From NCBI GenBank assembly GCA_907165135.1, contig OU015567.1, positions 8,618,001-8,682,000 of the forward strand: a DNA stretch of 64,000 nt, read 5' to 3'. This document shows positions 49,201 to 63,149 of this stretch, one piece after another. The position numbers and the translations under genes were made by a program. Source of the DNA: Oikopleura dioica. Its lineage: Eukaryota > Animalia > Chordata. Position 1 is the stretch's first letter, and every line of letters begins with the position of its first letter. The notes beneath the pieces are model-generated. The model was not told where the DNA came from, did no database searches, and worked only from the letters and a program-made list of their open reading frames with translations.

Positions 49201-52200
49201 TCTGTTTCCAAAATGTTGCATTTTGCGTCGCCTTCTGGAATAACTTCGGCTTCAAAAGCAACGAGCCCGGCGAGTGATGTTTCAACATCAACACCATTTG
49301 GTTCCATGAAACCAACAACGATGGGTCGTTGATCTGCAAGCCAATCAGTAAAGTCTCGAAGTGCATGTCTTCTATCTTCAAGCAGTTCAGCTTCGCTCGC
49401 GGAAATTTGAAGCTTTTCGTTCGCTGCAGCAAGAAGAATTCTATACTTTTCCTGGGTTCGCTCTACTTTTTGTGCTGCATTTTCACATGGACCGATTGCC
49501 GCTGTGAGATGTTTTGTCTGTTTATCCAGTTGTTCGATGCAGAAGAAATGGCCATGATGATTGAAATCGTCGACGATTGTTTTCAGTCGATGCATCGTCA
49601 ATGTCGGAGATATGGTGGACTCAGAGTTGTCCGAATCAGAAGTATCACCAACTCTTTCATCAAGATTTTTCGCTGCCTTTGACAACCAACTGTTTGCCGC
49701 GGTAATTGCATCTTCCCAAAGCGACCATTGCTGAAGATTGTAGCTGAGTTTTTCTTCCGAATGACGCAACGAGTTCAAGAATGTCGACCAAACTTCTTTC
49801 AAGCTTTGAGCTTGAAGCTGAACTGCATGTTTTCCGTTTTGAGAAGTTCCCTGAAGCACCATTTCTAATCGGCTCAATGCTACTTGGACCATTCCTTCGC
49901 CTGTTTGTTGTTCGTTGGCGATTCTACGGGAATCCTTCAGTCGCTTTTCGATGCCATTCTTATCAACACCTTCTAGACCAGGATTAAGAGAGTCAATGCA
50001 CTGCTGACGTTCTTTTATCCACTCCTCGGCGCCGGCGATTTCTGTGACGAGAGTCATGTGCTGCTGGAGACGAGTTTGAGCGTCTCTCTTTGCCTGTGAC
50101 GATTGATGACAGAGTGATCTGTATGATGTCTGTAGTTCACCGACTCGAAGGGTTCCTCCTGGATATTGAACTTTGACGGCTTTTCTTTTTAATCGAAGGA
50201 ACTTGTATTGTTCGTCGGTTGTTTCTTCGTCAATAGCTTGAAGAGCAGCAAAATTGGACTTTTTCAAACCGATCGTTGCTTTTAAACCGCTCTCTGCTTT
50301 GAGTCTTGATTCCATTTGACTCAGCCAGTGGAACAGCTCGAAACAAGACTTGTCAAAGTCCTTGAGTCCGTCAATGTAGCCTACTACTGATTGTTTTGCT
50401 TCATCCAACTCGGAAACAAAGTGCTTCCACTTTTCTTTTAGTTGCCGGATTGTTGAGCGATTGAGATTGACCTGTTCGCTGATGAAAATTACTGTTCCTT
50501 TGTCGGCAAGATTATTGAGGTCCTTCAGCTTATCATTTCCTTGCTCTAAGCAGGCGCCGGTTAACTCGTTCAAAGCGATGATGATTTTCTGTGCTCCTTC
50601 CAAATCACCTCTCGGAGTCGACAACTGTTGTAGCTGAGCAGTATGTCGCCGGATAAAACTGTCAAACTGACTTGATTTGAGCTTGAATTGAGAACGAAGA
50701 TCTGTTTCGATCTCATTCCGGATCTTTCCAAGCTCTGTTTTCTTGACTGTAAATTCTGATAGCGTTTTGGTAACGGCTTCAGAAATCTCTGTTGCGTCTT
50801 CATTCGCAAATTTTCTACAGAGAACGTTCAATTGAGTTCTGATTGGATTTTGCTTTGATGAGAGTTTTTTCATTTTATGCTCTGCCTCAACCAGCTCCGG
50901 GATCTTTTCAGTGATATCTTCACTTGTTGGTAGAGAAATTGCATTAAGATCCTCGGAGAACTCCTTCAATTGGAACTCGATCTTTTCTTGCTCCTTTTGG
51001 AAGCCATCTTGGTATTCTTCAAGTTCAGCCAATGCATGACTTATTGATTCAGAAGCTTCATCAATTGAAGCTTCCCATTCTTTCCAAGAAGCTTTTTGCT
51101 GTTTGGTCTCTGTCGCGATAAGATCATACCCAGCTGGAGCAGTGTCATTCTCAAGAGACTCAGCAAGTGTTACAGTCGCTTCAAGCCTCGCCAGTCCATC
51201 AATTTTCGCTTTTTGAAGCTCTTCAATTTTCGCCACTTTCTTTTGAAGATGATAACGATCCTTTTCTCCGACAAGATCAGACCAGCGACTTAGCTCTTCT
51301 TTCGCTGAATTGATCCATTCTTCGAGCTCATCGCCTGCAACGATCCATCGCTCATGCCGGTCGCGGATTTCACTCGCTCTTCGTATTTTCTCATTAAGAT
51401 CAGCGCGGATAACGTTCACTCTATTCGTCAACGGGGCTAATACATTGCTTGCAACTACAGAGGAAGCTGTACTCATGTCCATGTTAACTGGCTCGCCGGG
51501 AAGATCCGATGTAAAATCGTTCGTTTGGTAGCCAGACTCGAGCATGAGCGTTTCAGAGGCTGTTATTTTTGCCTCAACTTCGTTCAGATCATTTTCCAGC
51601 TCAATTAGTCTCTCGACCCGCTGTTTCTTCTCCTTGAAATCGGATGGAACCGGTGGATCTTCTTCGAGAACCGCTTCGATGTCAGCTAGTGTGTTCTCAA
51701 GTTCAACGCAGGATTTTGCTAACTGCGAAAGTTCAGAATTTCGAAGCTCAGATTTTGCACGTAAGTTTTCCAACTTATCGACGAGCTCTTCAAAAGCATG
51801 CTTCATGATTTCCATGTCTTCTTGTTGTTTAGTGCGACCAGTTGGAGACATGAAGTTGCAGAGTCGCTCTGCCCGGCCTAGGGCCTTGTGGATCTTCACT
51901 TCTCCTTCTTGTTTCTCTAGAAGAACGAGATCAACAAGATTTGTGACATTTTGGCACTCGGTAACGCTGGAGACGTTGTCGAGGTCGGCATCAAGGGTGC
52001 TGACTCGGTCGAGGATAGATTTGATCCATTTTCTGAGATTTTCTTTCGAAATGTTGAATTCATTCAGCTGCTCCTCGAAGGAAACGAGATTTCTCAGTTT
52101 ATCATCAACTTTCTTTTCCAAGTTGTTGAAGTCGTTAACGGTTAGTTGGATTCTTTTGCCCGGGACAGTTCCAATGTCGCCATCGGCGATGTCCATCACT

Positions 52201-55200
52201 TGCTGTTGAAGAGTTTTGAAGACATCTTTTTTCGCATCAACTTCGCTCTTCAGATCTTTGAGCGCTTCAATGAACGAATCAACCTCTTTTACATCATCAA
52301 TGTCCTTGTCATGCTCGTCGAGCTTCGTTTTCGTCTTTTCAAGCCACGTCTGTAAGGTAATTCGATTATCCTCGAGAGTTGAGACGTAAATCGAGGCATC
52401 TTTGAGCACACTAACATAGTGTTTAGCTTCCCGAATGATTCCCTTGAAATCTTGCATGTGTTTTTCAGGCTTGCTTGCGTCGAAATCGTTAGATTCAGCC
52501 AGTTCTTTCAGCCATCCTTCAACCTTTTCTTGACTTTCGAGGACCTCTTCTAGTGAGTCAATCTTTGATTGGATCTCATGCGATTCTCCAGCTACATCTT
52601 GAGCTTCGGCAATACTTTCTTGGGCCCGTTTCTTCCAGATGAGGAATTTTTCTTCGTTTTTTGTGAACTCATCGACAAGAGCTTGTTCGAGTTTGTTCAG
52701 AACAGAGAGTGACAGCTTGCAAACAGTCTCATATTTCCGAACAAGCGCAGTTACTGCAGTTGTTGTTTCTTCCAACTTATCAGCGCCATGGAAATTTCGG
52801 CAAAGTGAATTGAGATGATCCTTGGCTTGTTCAACATTGTCGCGTTGTTTGATCAACTCAGAATTGATTTCTTTACATTTCGGGATGTTATCTGCTCGGT
52901 TTGTTTTCTCAATTGTCAGCAGTGTGTTCTCCTTTGCTGATAACCAAGAGTCTAGATCAGCAATGTACGCTTGAAGCTGACCATGTTCGCCTTCGAAAAA
53001 TTCTAGCTTCTTTATTTTCGCGGCAAAGAGTGTCTTTGATCTTTCAAGTCGCTTGGCGATTTCGTCTAAAGAAGTCTTTTGCGAATCGTTTTGAGCACTC
53101 GATCGCAAATGTTCGAGTTGGGCTTCGTGGTCTTCGATTTCCATCGGAAGCTGTTCAAGCCGTTCTGAGAGGGATTTACTTCCATCGAGGTTGTTATTCA
53201 ATTCATGAGCAACTTGACGCGCCCATGCGTCGATGGTATTTTCAAATTCGCTAATGTTTTCGTCGATTTTAGCGGTGTTTTCATACTCTTGAATGAGCTC
53301 TTCGACTTGATCTTGTAAATCCATGTATTGATCTGTCAGTAATTCGATTGAAGACGCGTTAGATTTCGAAGACTCTTCATCAGAAGATTCTCCAGAGCTG
53401 TCTCTCTCGAACTTTGAAGCAACCTCTGCCGGGATACTTTTCAGAACGAGGCTTTGACTCAGCTCCAGGGTTTTGACCTTGATCTGATTTTTCGACTTTT
53501 TGAGCTTGTCAGCGTTTTCTTGTTGCGCTTCGAGATCTTCCCTTGCTTTTCGCAATGAAGAAACGACATTTGACGCGACGTCCTCTTCCTTGATTTCACC
53601 AATTACTTTTTCGACGTTTTTCAGAAGCTGCTTGATCGTAGCGATTTCGTCTTTGTACTCATTTTCAGCAGAATGCAATTCAGTCAAATGCTGCCTGAAA
53701 TCAGAAAACTCCTCTGATGTCGCGTCAATAAGTTTCTGAAGAGCGTCAATCTTGGCATTGACTTCATCAGACAGTTCTTTCCGTTCTTGACAGATCTTTT
53801 CTCCCTTTGCTCGGATCGACTTCATTTCTATTTCGTTGAAGTTTGACAGTTGTTCAACCATATGAGCAAGTTTCCGTGTTTTTGAGTATTGAGTCATTTC
53901 TTTCGCTTTTTCGAGCTCTTCGACCTCATCTTGGAGATCGAGAATTTGCTGCTCGAGTTCTTCAGCTCTTCGTTTGAAGTTATCATAGGCGAGATTTTTG
54001 GATTCCTTTGATGAACTTTGGAGAGAAGCAAATTGCAGAATTTCTTCCACTCTTTCGTCTAATCTTGTGATTAGCTGTCGAGCGAGAATTGTTTGTTCTT
54101 TGAATACAAATTGCAAGTGGCCTTGGTGGGCTTGGTTGTCAAAGTTTATCGCAATTTTGAGCGCATCGACGAGCTCTTCTGTGATGTTTTTGCAGTCTTG
54201 AATCATTTCAGCGTCGAATTCTCCGTTTTCTTTCATGATAGCAGTAAACTTCTCAATCTCGTCCATCAGGGGAGAACAGCGAGCCTGAAGATCTCCAAGC
54301 ATTTCTGCAGCACGCTTTCTTCCCTTGAGAAGAAGACTCACTCGCTCAGATAGTTCTTTGAACTCGACCAGTTTTCCGGAAATGTTTCTAAAGTCCTCAG
54401 TTGGAATAAGTTGATCAATTTTCCGAACGAGAAGAGATACTTCATCAACACTTGCAGCCGCGGAAAGAGTTTGAAGAGTCTCATCCGAGGTCTTTTTCAT
54501 TTCTTCTATGAGTTCGATTTGAATTGTCTTTTGAGATCTTGTTTTAGAATCGATTCTCAGGACTTCATTCATTTTTCGATCCATAGTAATTGCAAACTCT
54601 TCCGTTGCTTTCTTCACCTCCTTGATCTTTTCTACCATATCTTCGAGTACCTGGGGGATTCCGGTGAAAACGACCTCAAGACTTGCAGCTTTGGTTGTCA
54701 TTCGATCAGCTTCGCAATTGCACAGCTTGCAGATTTCATCGACTTGCGATCTCAGCAAATCTGGTGTCTCCTGAATATTCTCGTATTCTGACTGAAGAGA
54801 TTTGATCGCAGATATGTCCGACTGCCACTGAATTGGATTCACAGCAATTTTCTGATCCGCCACATCATAAACAGAGGCTCGATCAATAAATGCTTGTATA
54901 ATTCTAAAGTTTTCGTCGCTTTCCAGCCATATTTTGTGCGCTTTTGTCAGATCGGACTTGAATTGGCTTTGTTTTTCCTTCAGAGTTTGCGCCTTGCTCT
55001 CGAGTTCTTCGATCTCTTCTTGAACTTGAGCAGAGATCTCGTGCGCTTTTACGGTGCTTAGCGTGCCCAAAGAAGAGTCCAACAAAAGCCCGGCGCGTGT
55101 GTTTTCTTCTTTCAATGGGACGATCTCATCTGCCTGGGAAATTTCACTTTCTTCTACGACTCGTAAAATGTCTTCAGCGGCGTTCAAGTTGCCTCTTACT

Positions 55201-58200
55201 GTCGCTAAGTTGTTTCGAATTCGCTGTCCGGCGGAGACGAGTTCTGATCCGAGGCTCAGGAGCGTCTTAGAAGCATCCGAAAGTGTCTCCCATCGAGCGC
55301 GAAGATTAGCCGCCCGGGTTTTGAGCGAACTGCCAGGTTCTGTGTGCGATTCTAACTGAACAATTGAATCGTCGCACTTTCGTAAACGAGGTTCAAAAAG
55401 TGGAAGTTTGGCCTCAAACTCGGTAAGCTGCTGGTACCAAGTTTGAGGTGCTTCTCGAGTTTCTCCATCTGCCTTTGACTGGGCGTCAAGTTGCGCGTAT
55501 TCCTGCTCGTTTTCTTCCAGCTCTCTTGATAGCTCGTGTAAAAGGGATTCAGTTTCGCTCCATTGAGAGCGCAGGTTCCTCAGAGCCTTGATTTTTCGGT
55601 CAAGTTGAGCTTAAATTTAAATTCATAAAATCAAATTATAAATCTTCTTACTGATAGCAGCATCTTGCCGTGATTTTAAGTCGCTCATTTCATCGGCCAA
55701 GTTCTTTTCACCAGATGGCGAGCATGCTTTCTCTAGCTCATTGAAGCATTTCTCCGCCAATGTCTCTCTGAGTTCTTCCGTTTTCACCTGAAAGAGTTCT
55801 TTTGAAAAATAATGGAAATTGAGAGCGGACACAATTTTTATAAAGCAAGGCCCTGCTTTACCTACACTTGAGTTAGCAAAGAGCCTCTGAGCAACTTCAA
55901 CTCAATAGAATCGACAAAGAACGCATAAAATCACTTCAATAAGGAGCTTAACGTACTGTCGCAACATGTTTTTACAAGTTATTTATGCAGAAATTTTCTG
56001 TTAGGGTTACAGTTTAATCTTAAAGTTCAATTTATTATTTTTAATAAGCGTTATTCGTGTCAAATGAGTACTGTATGAGTTCAGCTTAACTCAAATTGAG
56101 CTCACAATTTTACTAACCAGTGATTCCTTGTTGTCTTCGATAACAGAAAGATGCTTCTCTAGGACTTGAAGACTATCATATTTTGATTTTCCTTTCTCAG
56201 CCTCAATTTTGTCCAATCTTCTGTTAATCTCATCAACCAGCTCTTCAAATCCGTTCCACGCTTTTAGATTTTTTTTCAGGAAGTCGCCCCTTTCGCTCAT
56301 TCGGATCTCGAAGTTCTAATTTAAAAATGTTAATTTATTCCAATTTCGGAGAAGTTTGAATTCTGCCGCGTTGCAAAAAGTTAAGATCAAAGACAATAGA
56401 TGAGAAAATTGTTGAAAAAACAATGGCGGAATAATCACTTCTTCCTTTGAACTCTACGTAGAATTAATTTACCTTTATTTTCTCCTTCAAATTGTCGGTA
56501 GAAGGTCCAATAATCATATCGCAAATTTCTGCTGAATCTCCTGCAAGAGGCTTTTCTAGCTCTAGAATTTCAGCAAGGACAGCTGTCTGCTGCTCCTTGT
56601 AATCTTGGCAGAGGCGTTCATGCTGTTCATTTTGCTTTTTGGAATCTCGGACGGAATCGATGAATCTCTTTTGGCCATTTTGATCGAGGGCGAGGTCTTC
56701 TTCCATGATTTCAATTTCTTCTATCGCGGAATTGATTCGCTCCTTCATCTTGTGCGCAGCTCTTGCTTGGGCGAGCCGTTTCTTGAGCTTGTCCATTTTA
56801 GACGATTTGTCGCGAGCTTCAGACGCGAACGCTAGAATTTGCTCTTCTTGCTCTTCGCGGAAGGGTTGAGGGAGTGACTTGCTGATGTTGTCGAGATTTT
56901 TCTTCGCGTCGTTTACGCTTTCCTCGATTTTGTCTTTTTCTTCTTCCCATGTTGCCAGAACTTTTTCTGCTTTGTCCAGATCTTCCACCTTCACAAAATC
57001 AACTGGCTCATCAGATTTTCCCGCGGATGAAAGCAAATTCGAAATGTCATTCATTTCGTTCATGAAAACATCCACCTTCTCCGGCAAACCATCAAGCTCC
57101 TTTGCGAGATCCTTTTCATTATTCGCTAATTGGTCAATTTGCGTTCGTAAATTTTCAACGAGTCGTTGGTTTATCTCGTCCGGTTCAGAGCGAAATTTCT
57201 CGCTGACATTTTCAAGCAGCCGTTTTGCTTCGCGAATCGGATTTGGGGAGCGTTCAAGCTTCTGTTCGCGAGTTTCAATTGCGACCTTAGGGCCGTCTGA
57301 TTTTAGCGTTTCGCGAATGTCGTTTAGAACTGTCTTTGCTTTCTCGATTTCATCTTGCACTCCTTTTACGAGCTTGTTAATCTCGATTCGTTCTGAAATT
57401 GTAAGTAACGCATCAAGAGTTTCTTTCATCAACGGCACTAGTTCGTCGCAGTGTTGTTCATGATCAGCAAGATTGGTCTTTTTCTGGCTGAGATCTTTGG
57501 TTCTTTTGCGATTAAAACGCTGTGGGACAACACGAAATCCGAGTCCGTGGACGTATTGAACTTTTGGATAGTAAATTCCATTCTTTGAAACTTTGTTGCC
57601 CATTTATATAAAATAAATTGGGCGGAATAGTTCTTATCAAATCATTTTCTGTCGCATTTCTCTACTCTCTATTTGCCACAATTTCATATTTTAAAGCTCT
57701 TTGCTCCCGAGTAAATTTGCTTTAAAAACTGATAATAAAGCAGTATTGACAAGCGACCGCAAGCATTTTCTATTCGTTTACACTGGAAAAAGTCAATGAT
57801 TTATTTATTTGCACACCTTACCCCCTTGGATTGTATTTATATTCTGAAATTAATCTCAGCCGTGCCAGATTTTGCTTGAGGTCTTCAAAATCACACTTGA
57901 TCATCGGCGCTTTAGACAGCAACTGCGAAACTGTATCGGCAAGTTCTTCCAGCTCCTCTTTTCCTGGCGCCTCTTCCTGAGTCAGGAACTTTTCAGAATC
58001 GTTAAGAGCATCTTCCGAGTCCTTGATCCACTTTTGAAGATCGTCCCACTTTTTGGAAAGCGATTCGATCCGCGGCCCCCAAGTTGCCGCCTGTCTTCTG
58101 ATGGTTTCGACCGCGCGATTTAGCTGGAGTACACGATTTTCGACATCAGAAGAGTCCATTGATGGCATTTTGACTTCATTGACGGTTGTGACATTGCTCC

Positions 58201-61200
58201 GCATTCGAGAAATATTTGCTTCGACTTCGTTGAGCACTTCCTGTCCGAACTGAGAGGCGTGCAATTCTAGCAGACGGTCGACGTCCTCTAATCCACAGTT
58301 GGGGTCTTCGTATGACTCTAGAACTTCTTCAGCTTCGTCGTGCCAGGATTGGACATCGTTGTAGATTTCTTCCAACGAATTCAGGGGCGTCTGAAGATTA
58401 CTTGTGGATTCCAAAGCTTTGTCGACTGTTTCTCGCACGGAAATGTAACGATCTTTGATTTGCGACATGATCTTCAATTTTTGCTTCGTCAGTTCTTTGC
58501 TTGGGTTACTTCTGCAGACAACTTGAGCAGCCGTTGATGTTTTTCGGTAAAGCTTCTCCATTTCACCCATTTGCTCGTTCTTGACAATTGCCAGTGCTTG
58601 TTCATAATCTGCAATTTCATCGAGTTGAGTGACGATGCTCTGTTGCAAAAGCTCTTCTGTTTCCGACAACCATTTTTGGATCTTTTCGACGTTTTCACGG
58701 AATCTGTCTTCGTTTGCTCTAAGTTCGTTCTTTTTCACAATTTGGCGCATGATTTCCTGAAATATTAGGTATAAAAAATCACAATATCATCTTATAAGTC
58801 GAGTTTAAAAGGTCTTTCCGGTAAAATTGACTGTAAATGTACCTGTAGATCGTTCCAGCGCTGATTCACACCATTCGTCTCTTCCGCGATAATTTCCTCT
58901 TTTTCCTGTTCCACGTGCTCTCGAAGAAACTCGCTGCAGGCATTCAACCCCTTGATGCTCTTTTGCACCTCTTCGATGCCCTCGTGCGTGAAAAATGCAT
59001 TGCGCTGCTCGTCGCCTCCATCGCGCACCTGCTCAGCTTCGTCAAGCCATTTCTATTCACAAAAGCGGTTATAATTATTAAAACTCCAAGGTGGTAAATC
59101 GCATACATACCGTACTACTGTCGAGTAAATCAATATATTTAGTCCAGCGCTCGACGGTGTTTTCTAAAAGCGCTTTCGTTGAGTTCATCTCGACAAGGAT
59201 CATCCGCGCTTGAGCCGTTTTGTCCTCCGTCATTCTTTTAACTAAAAATGCTGTGAAAATATGTTCAGCCTAAACTGGTAAGGCCTTGAAACTGTTTAGT
59301 TACATGCTAAGCAAAAATATTTGCACATTGCGGAAATCTTGTTTTCTCAAGTGTTTCCTTTGACTTACCGTTTTCGCGTTCTTTAGGCGTGATAAGACCA
59401 GTTTTCACGTAACAGTTGGTCTTTTCTTTCAGATTCGCAGAGGCCTGTTCTAGTTTCACTCCAAACTCGCCGAGGTCCATGAGCTGCTGCCAGTCGCGGA
59501 GCTTGTTCTCAACTTCCTCAACAGAACTCATTGGACTTGTCCAGTATTTTAACTGAGCTTGAGCCGCGGCAATGTATCCTAAAAGTCTGTATCTCGCTTC
59601 GGAGTACTCCAACCAAGCAAGGCGATAAACGCTTGTTGACTCAATTTTGTCCAGTCGGCCTTGAATAAAATCGAGTTGTTGCTGATCAAGAGTGCCATTT
59701 CGTCCAGCGGCTTTGACGAGTTCGATCATTTCGCTCATATTTTCGAACGTTTCGTTGTGATCTTTTATTCTGGAGTCGAGCGAGTGGATCGAGCTTTCCG
59801 GATCTTTAGGCTCATTTTCGCTGAATTCTTCGCGGAGCGAATTTTCTGATTCTTCAATTTTCCGCACTCCTTTTTCTGCCTTTTTCAAGAAGTCGCCGAC
59901 TTTTCTCAACTCTTTGGGAAGATGCTTGTCAAATCCGTCTAACCATCTTGATTTAGACTTTTCGAGGTTTTCGAAGCATCCAGCGATGAGTTTAACTTGC
60001 TCAGGGTCGCATTTTGGAGCTATTTTTTGAAAAGAATCTTCTTTCTCGTCAAGATCGCGTTCGAAGTCTTTGTAGTCGTTGAAATCCTTGGGCGTGTATT
60101 TCTTCAACTTGTGTTTTTTCTTCAGCGCTTCTTCGGCCCCAGCTGTCCAGGTCATTAACCGGTCGAGTTCGATTGCAGTATCGGTTAGGTCTTGACTAAC
60201 AGCGCCGCTGCTTCCTAGGCGAGCTTCTGCGACCTTGATGATTTCGGCCACGTACATCATCACTGATTTCTCATCTGGCTTATCCACATCGATGTCTTCC
60301 GCGTCGAGAATTTTTGGAATTCCAAAACGCTCCTCTGCGATTTTGAACGCCGCCTCTAGTCGCTCCTTGTTACTGCCTCGATTTGCCACTGCTGGATCAA
60401 CGGCATCCTCATCAATTGCATGCAAAAGCGAGTGAAAAGCGCGACCGTCGCGGAAACTCGGCCCAAAATCGTTGATTTCAACATCGATCGCGTCTGGCGT
60501 CTTGACCTTTTCGCCCGTCTTCCGGATCCATTTTAACATCGCCTTCCGAGCTTGAAGATTTTTATTAGATATTTACGGTAAAACGACTCTTTTTTTATTG
60601 GATCAAGTCAAGTTCCAGTAGAAACTCGAATTGAATAAATCCGGAAGAAGAAGTTTTATTCATTCACTTCCGCTTGAAGCTGAGATACCTGAATCTGCAC
60701 TTTTCTTCTTGTTTTTCGTCTCGACCTCGATGTCTTCGTATTTCTTGAGTTGCTCGAGAACCTCTTCAATCTGAATAAAGCAATAAGTATCCAAAGGCCC
60801 CTTTTTCTATTGCCGCCTCTTCTCAAACACTACATTTTTCGAATAAAAGCGATTACATCGATTCCTTTTACTTTAGGGGGTAGTCCTAAAGAATCCGGAT
60901 TTTCGGTGGCACTACGCTACCTGGAAATTCAAGACCATTCGCCAAATAAGTCCCAAAACTACTGATGTCTTTCCATCGACGATATCCGAAGGGTTGATTC
61001 CGACCATTTGAACATCTGGACGAGCTTGTTTCAGAGCATCCAAAGCGTTTGAAACAGTGTTGATTTGATGAATTCGATTAGTGCTTCGTTGCCCGGGAAG
61101 TCTTACACGGTTCTTTTTCTTAGATTGAACGAGATCTACAGTCAAATTTCGGGCAACTTTGATGCAGGACTATTTTATGACTGCATTAAGCCGCCGGTGT

Positions 61201-62636
61201 GATAAATCAAATAGGAAAACATATCCTTGGTAACGCGAAATCGTAATTTGACAAATTATGAAAGTTATTCCTTCTCTCGAATTCCGAAATATCCAAACCG
61301 TTCCTGCCACTTTCTGTGTCAATCCTGCAGCCACACAGGATTTCCAGCAACTTGGCCATCTGTTCGGGACCATTTTTGAAATCATCGACGATGTCGTTCA
61401 GTTTAATTGGCGGCTTGCGCTTTGAGAGGTAAAGATTCACCCATTTTGTGTACGTTCTTCTTTGGGTCTCTTCCCATTGTGCTGAAAATAACAGTTTTCA
61501 ATCAAAGCTTCCTTTCAGATCGCAAAGAATCGATTTTATTTTTCCCGTACCCTGAGATCCTCGAGACTTCCCAGAGAATCTCCCGCCAGTAGGGGGCGTC
61601 ATAAAAAGTCGGTCTTGTTCTCTGAGCGCCTTGATTTATTTTCCTTTTAAAAAAATTTAAAAAATCGAAGCAGCAGCACTCATTATGCTTTATTTGCCTG
61701 CTTTTGACTGTTGTGCTGGGCCCACTAGTCCTATCATAGTAAATACGCTTTATTTGCGCAATGCAATTGGATTTGAGACGGGGAGAGATATAAAGCGTTT
61801 CCCGCCACCAGCTGGTCGTAAATAAAAAATATGATAGAGAGAGGAGGGGAGGTAGTATTTGAACGTGAATGAGTGCATTTTTTTTCATGCATTTTCGTGA
61901 AGCATGCTTTGTTTCAATTCAAATTACAGTCAGAAAAATAGAGAACAGGGGCAGTGAAATTTCTTTACATGCGAAGATCACGATGTACGACATTTAAAAG
62001 TACTCGACTTTGAACAATTTACGACGGCTAGTCTTACCCTTGAGCTCTACGATGTAATCTTCTATGTCATTATCCTCTATAAAAAGGACAATTTTATACA
62101 TTTTTTCATTGCAAAAAATGTCGACTGAGCGATGAGTATATAAAAAAGTATATTGGTGGAGATGGCTTTGAGCTTGAAAAAAGGGGGGACTACCTTTTAG
62201 AATTTCGATGCTTCGATTGAAATCGCGCTCGGATTGGAGCGCTAGAAGTGAAGTTCGCCGTCCCCGGGGAGTTGGGCCATTTCTTATGGATAGATGCAAA
62301 ATTCAATTCGAGGGAAAATCAAGGAAGAGAGAATTTTTGATCAATTTTTTTTTCAAGTAAATAAGAGATTGAATTTTACGTTCTCAAATATTTGCGAAAG
62401 TGCTTAAAACCAGAGTCCAATACTAGGGTAGACGGGCTGGTCAGAATCTCAAGATAAAAAATATGTGTAAAAATGACTTTCTCAATTGCTTTTCGACCGT
62501 TGCTCCTTCTGCCTGTCAAAAAATGTACTCTTCCATGATTTCAAAAATTTTTTCAAAGATTTTTTGCTGCATCGTTCCTGTTTTGAGAAGATCTAGGGAC
62601 GGGTCGAGGAGGTCTGAATTCTGCTTCTTTTCCCAT
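40250..62636 (-). CDS. SYNE1: Nesprin-1-like giant protein: tandem calponin-homology actin-binding domain plus a long spectrin-repeat rod; no KASH domain visible
   Basis: CH1 QWEETQRRTYTKWVNLYLSKRKPP..NDIVDDFKNG...RIHQINTVSNAL...INPSDIVDGKTSVVLGLIWRMVLNFQIEE and CH2 KAMLKWIRKT...INDFGPSFRDGRAFHSLLHAI...LEAAFKIAEERFGIPKILDAEDIDVDKPDEKSVMMYVAEI match nesprin-1 specifically (KRKPP, VDKPDEKS). They are followed by thousands of residues of Trp-periodic helical repeats (ORFs 59307-60539, 57818-58750, 56464-57603, 46113-55187, 43998-45488 and others). The last exon ends ...SAYSITTN* at 40250. Exon 1 is tentative. Confidence 0.88.
46200..46212 (-). promoter_or_regulatory. CTCF-like core motif (CCACTAGGTGGC)
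   Basis: 12/12 match to the CCASYAGRKGGC core on the minus strand, inside a nesprin intron. Sequence match only. Confidence 0.35.
61586..61598 (+). promoter_or_regulatory. CTCF-like core motif (CCAGTAGGGGGCG)
   Basis: 13/13 match to CCASYAGRKGGCR, in the 5' intronic region of the nesprin gene. Sequence match only. Confidence 0.35.
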
Positions 62637-63149
62637 CTCTTCGAATCTCTTGTTGTTTTTTATCTCTCTTGAGGTGTGTTTTTTACAGCTGATTTCCGAT
62701 TTCCGACTTTGTCATTTTCCTGTTTTCTTAAGAATTCATTTTCAGAGCATTATAAAAAAATAACGCTTATAAAAGCAAGCTTCTGTTAAACAAAATTCAT
62801 TGTGTTATTCAGCGCGCAGTGGAAGTGAGCAGCTAGTCTCTTCTCTTTTGTCTCTTTTTGGAAAAAATATGGAATGAATTTTTGTCAAAAAAATCACTCT
62901 CACAGCGGCACACAATGGTCCCCCCGGATGGACACTACTATCTGCGCTCCCAAAAAAATCTGCTTCTGAAAGAATTTTTTACCCGCGCTCAGCAAATTCC
63001 AAGACACTCGGATATTTGCACAAAGTAGTCCGTCAGGGGGATAAGCTAGAGATTAAGTAAATAGTAAAAATTATGATAGTGATTGTTGAGACAAGATTGA
63101 GGCAATTTGTGGGGAATTATCGTTCTGAATTGGTACAACGGGTTCTAAG

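Noticed and set aside
43300-55400. Numerous plus-strand ORFs of 60-220 aa
   Set aside because: Antisense shadows of the long nesprin coding exons, with no independent domain signal.
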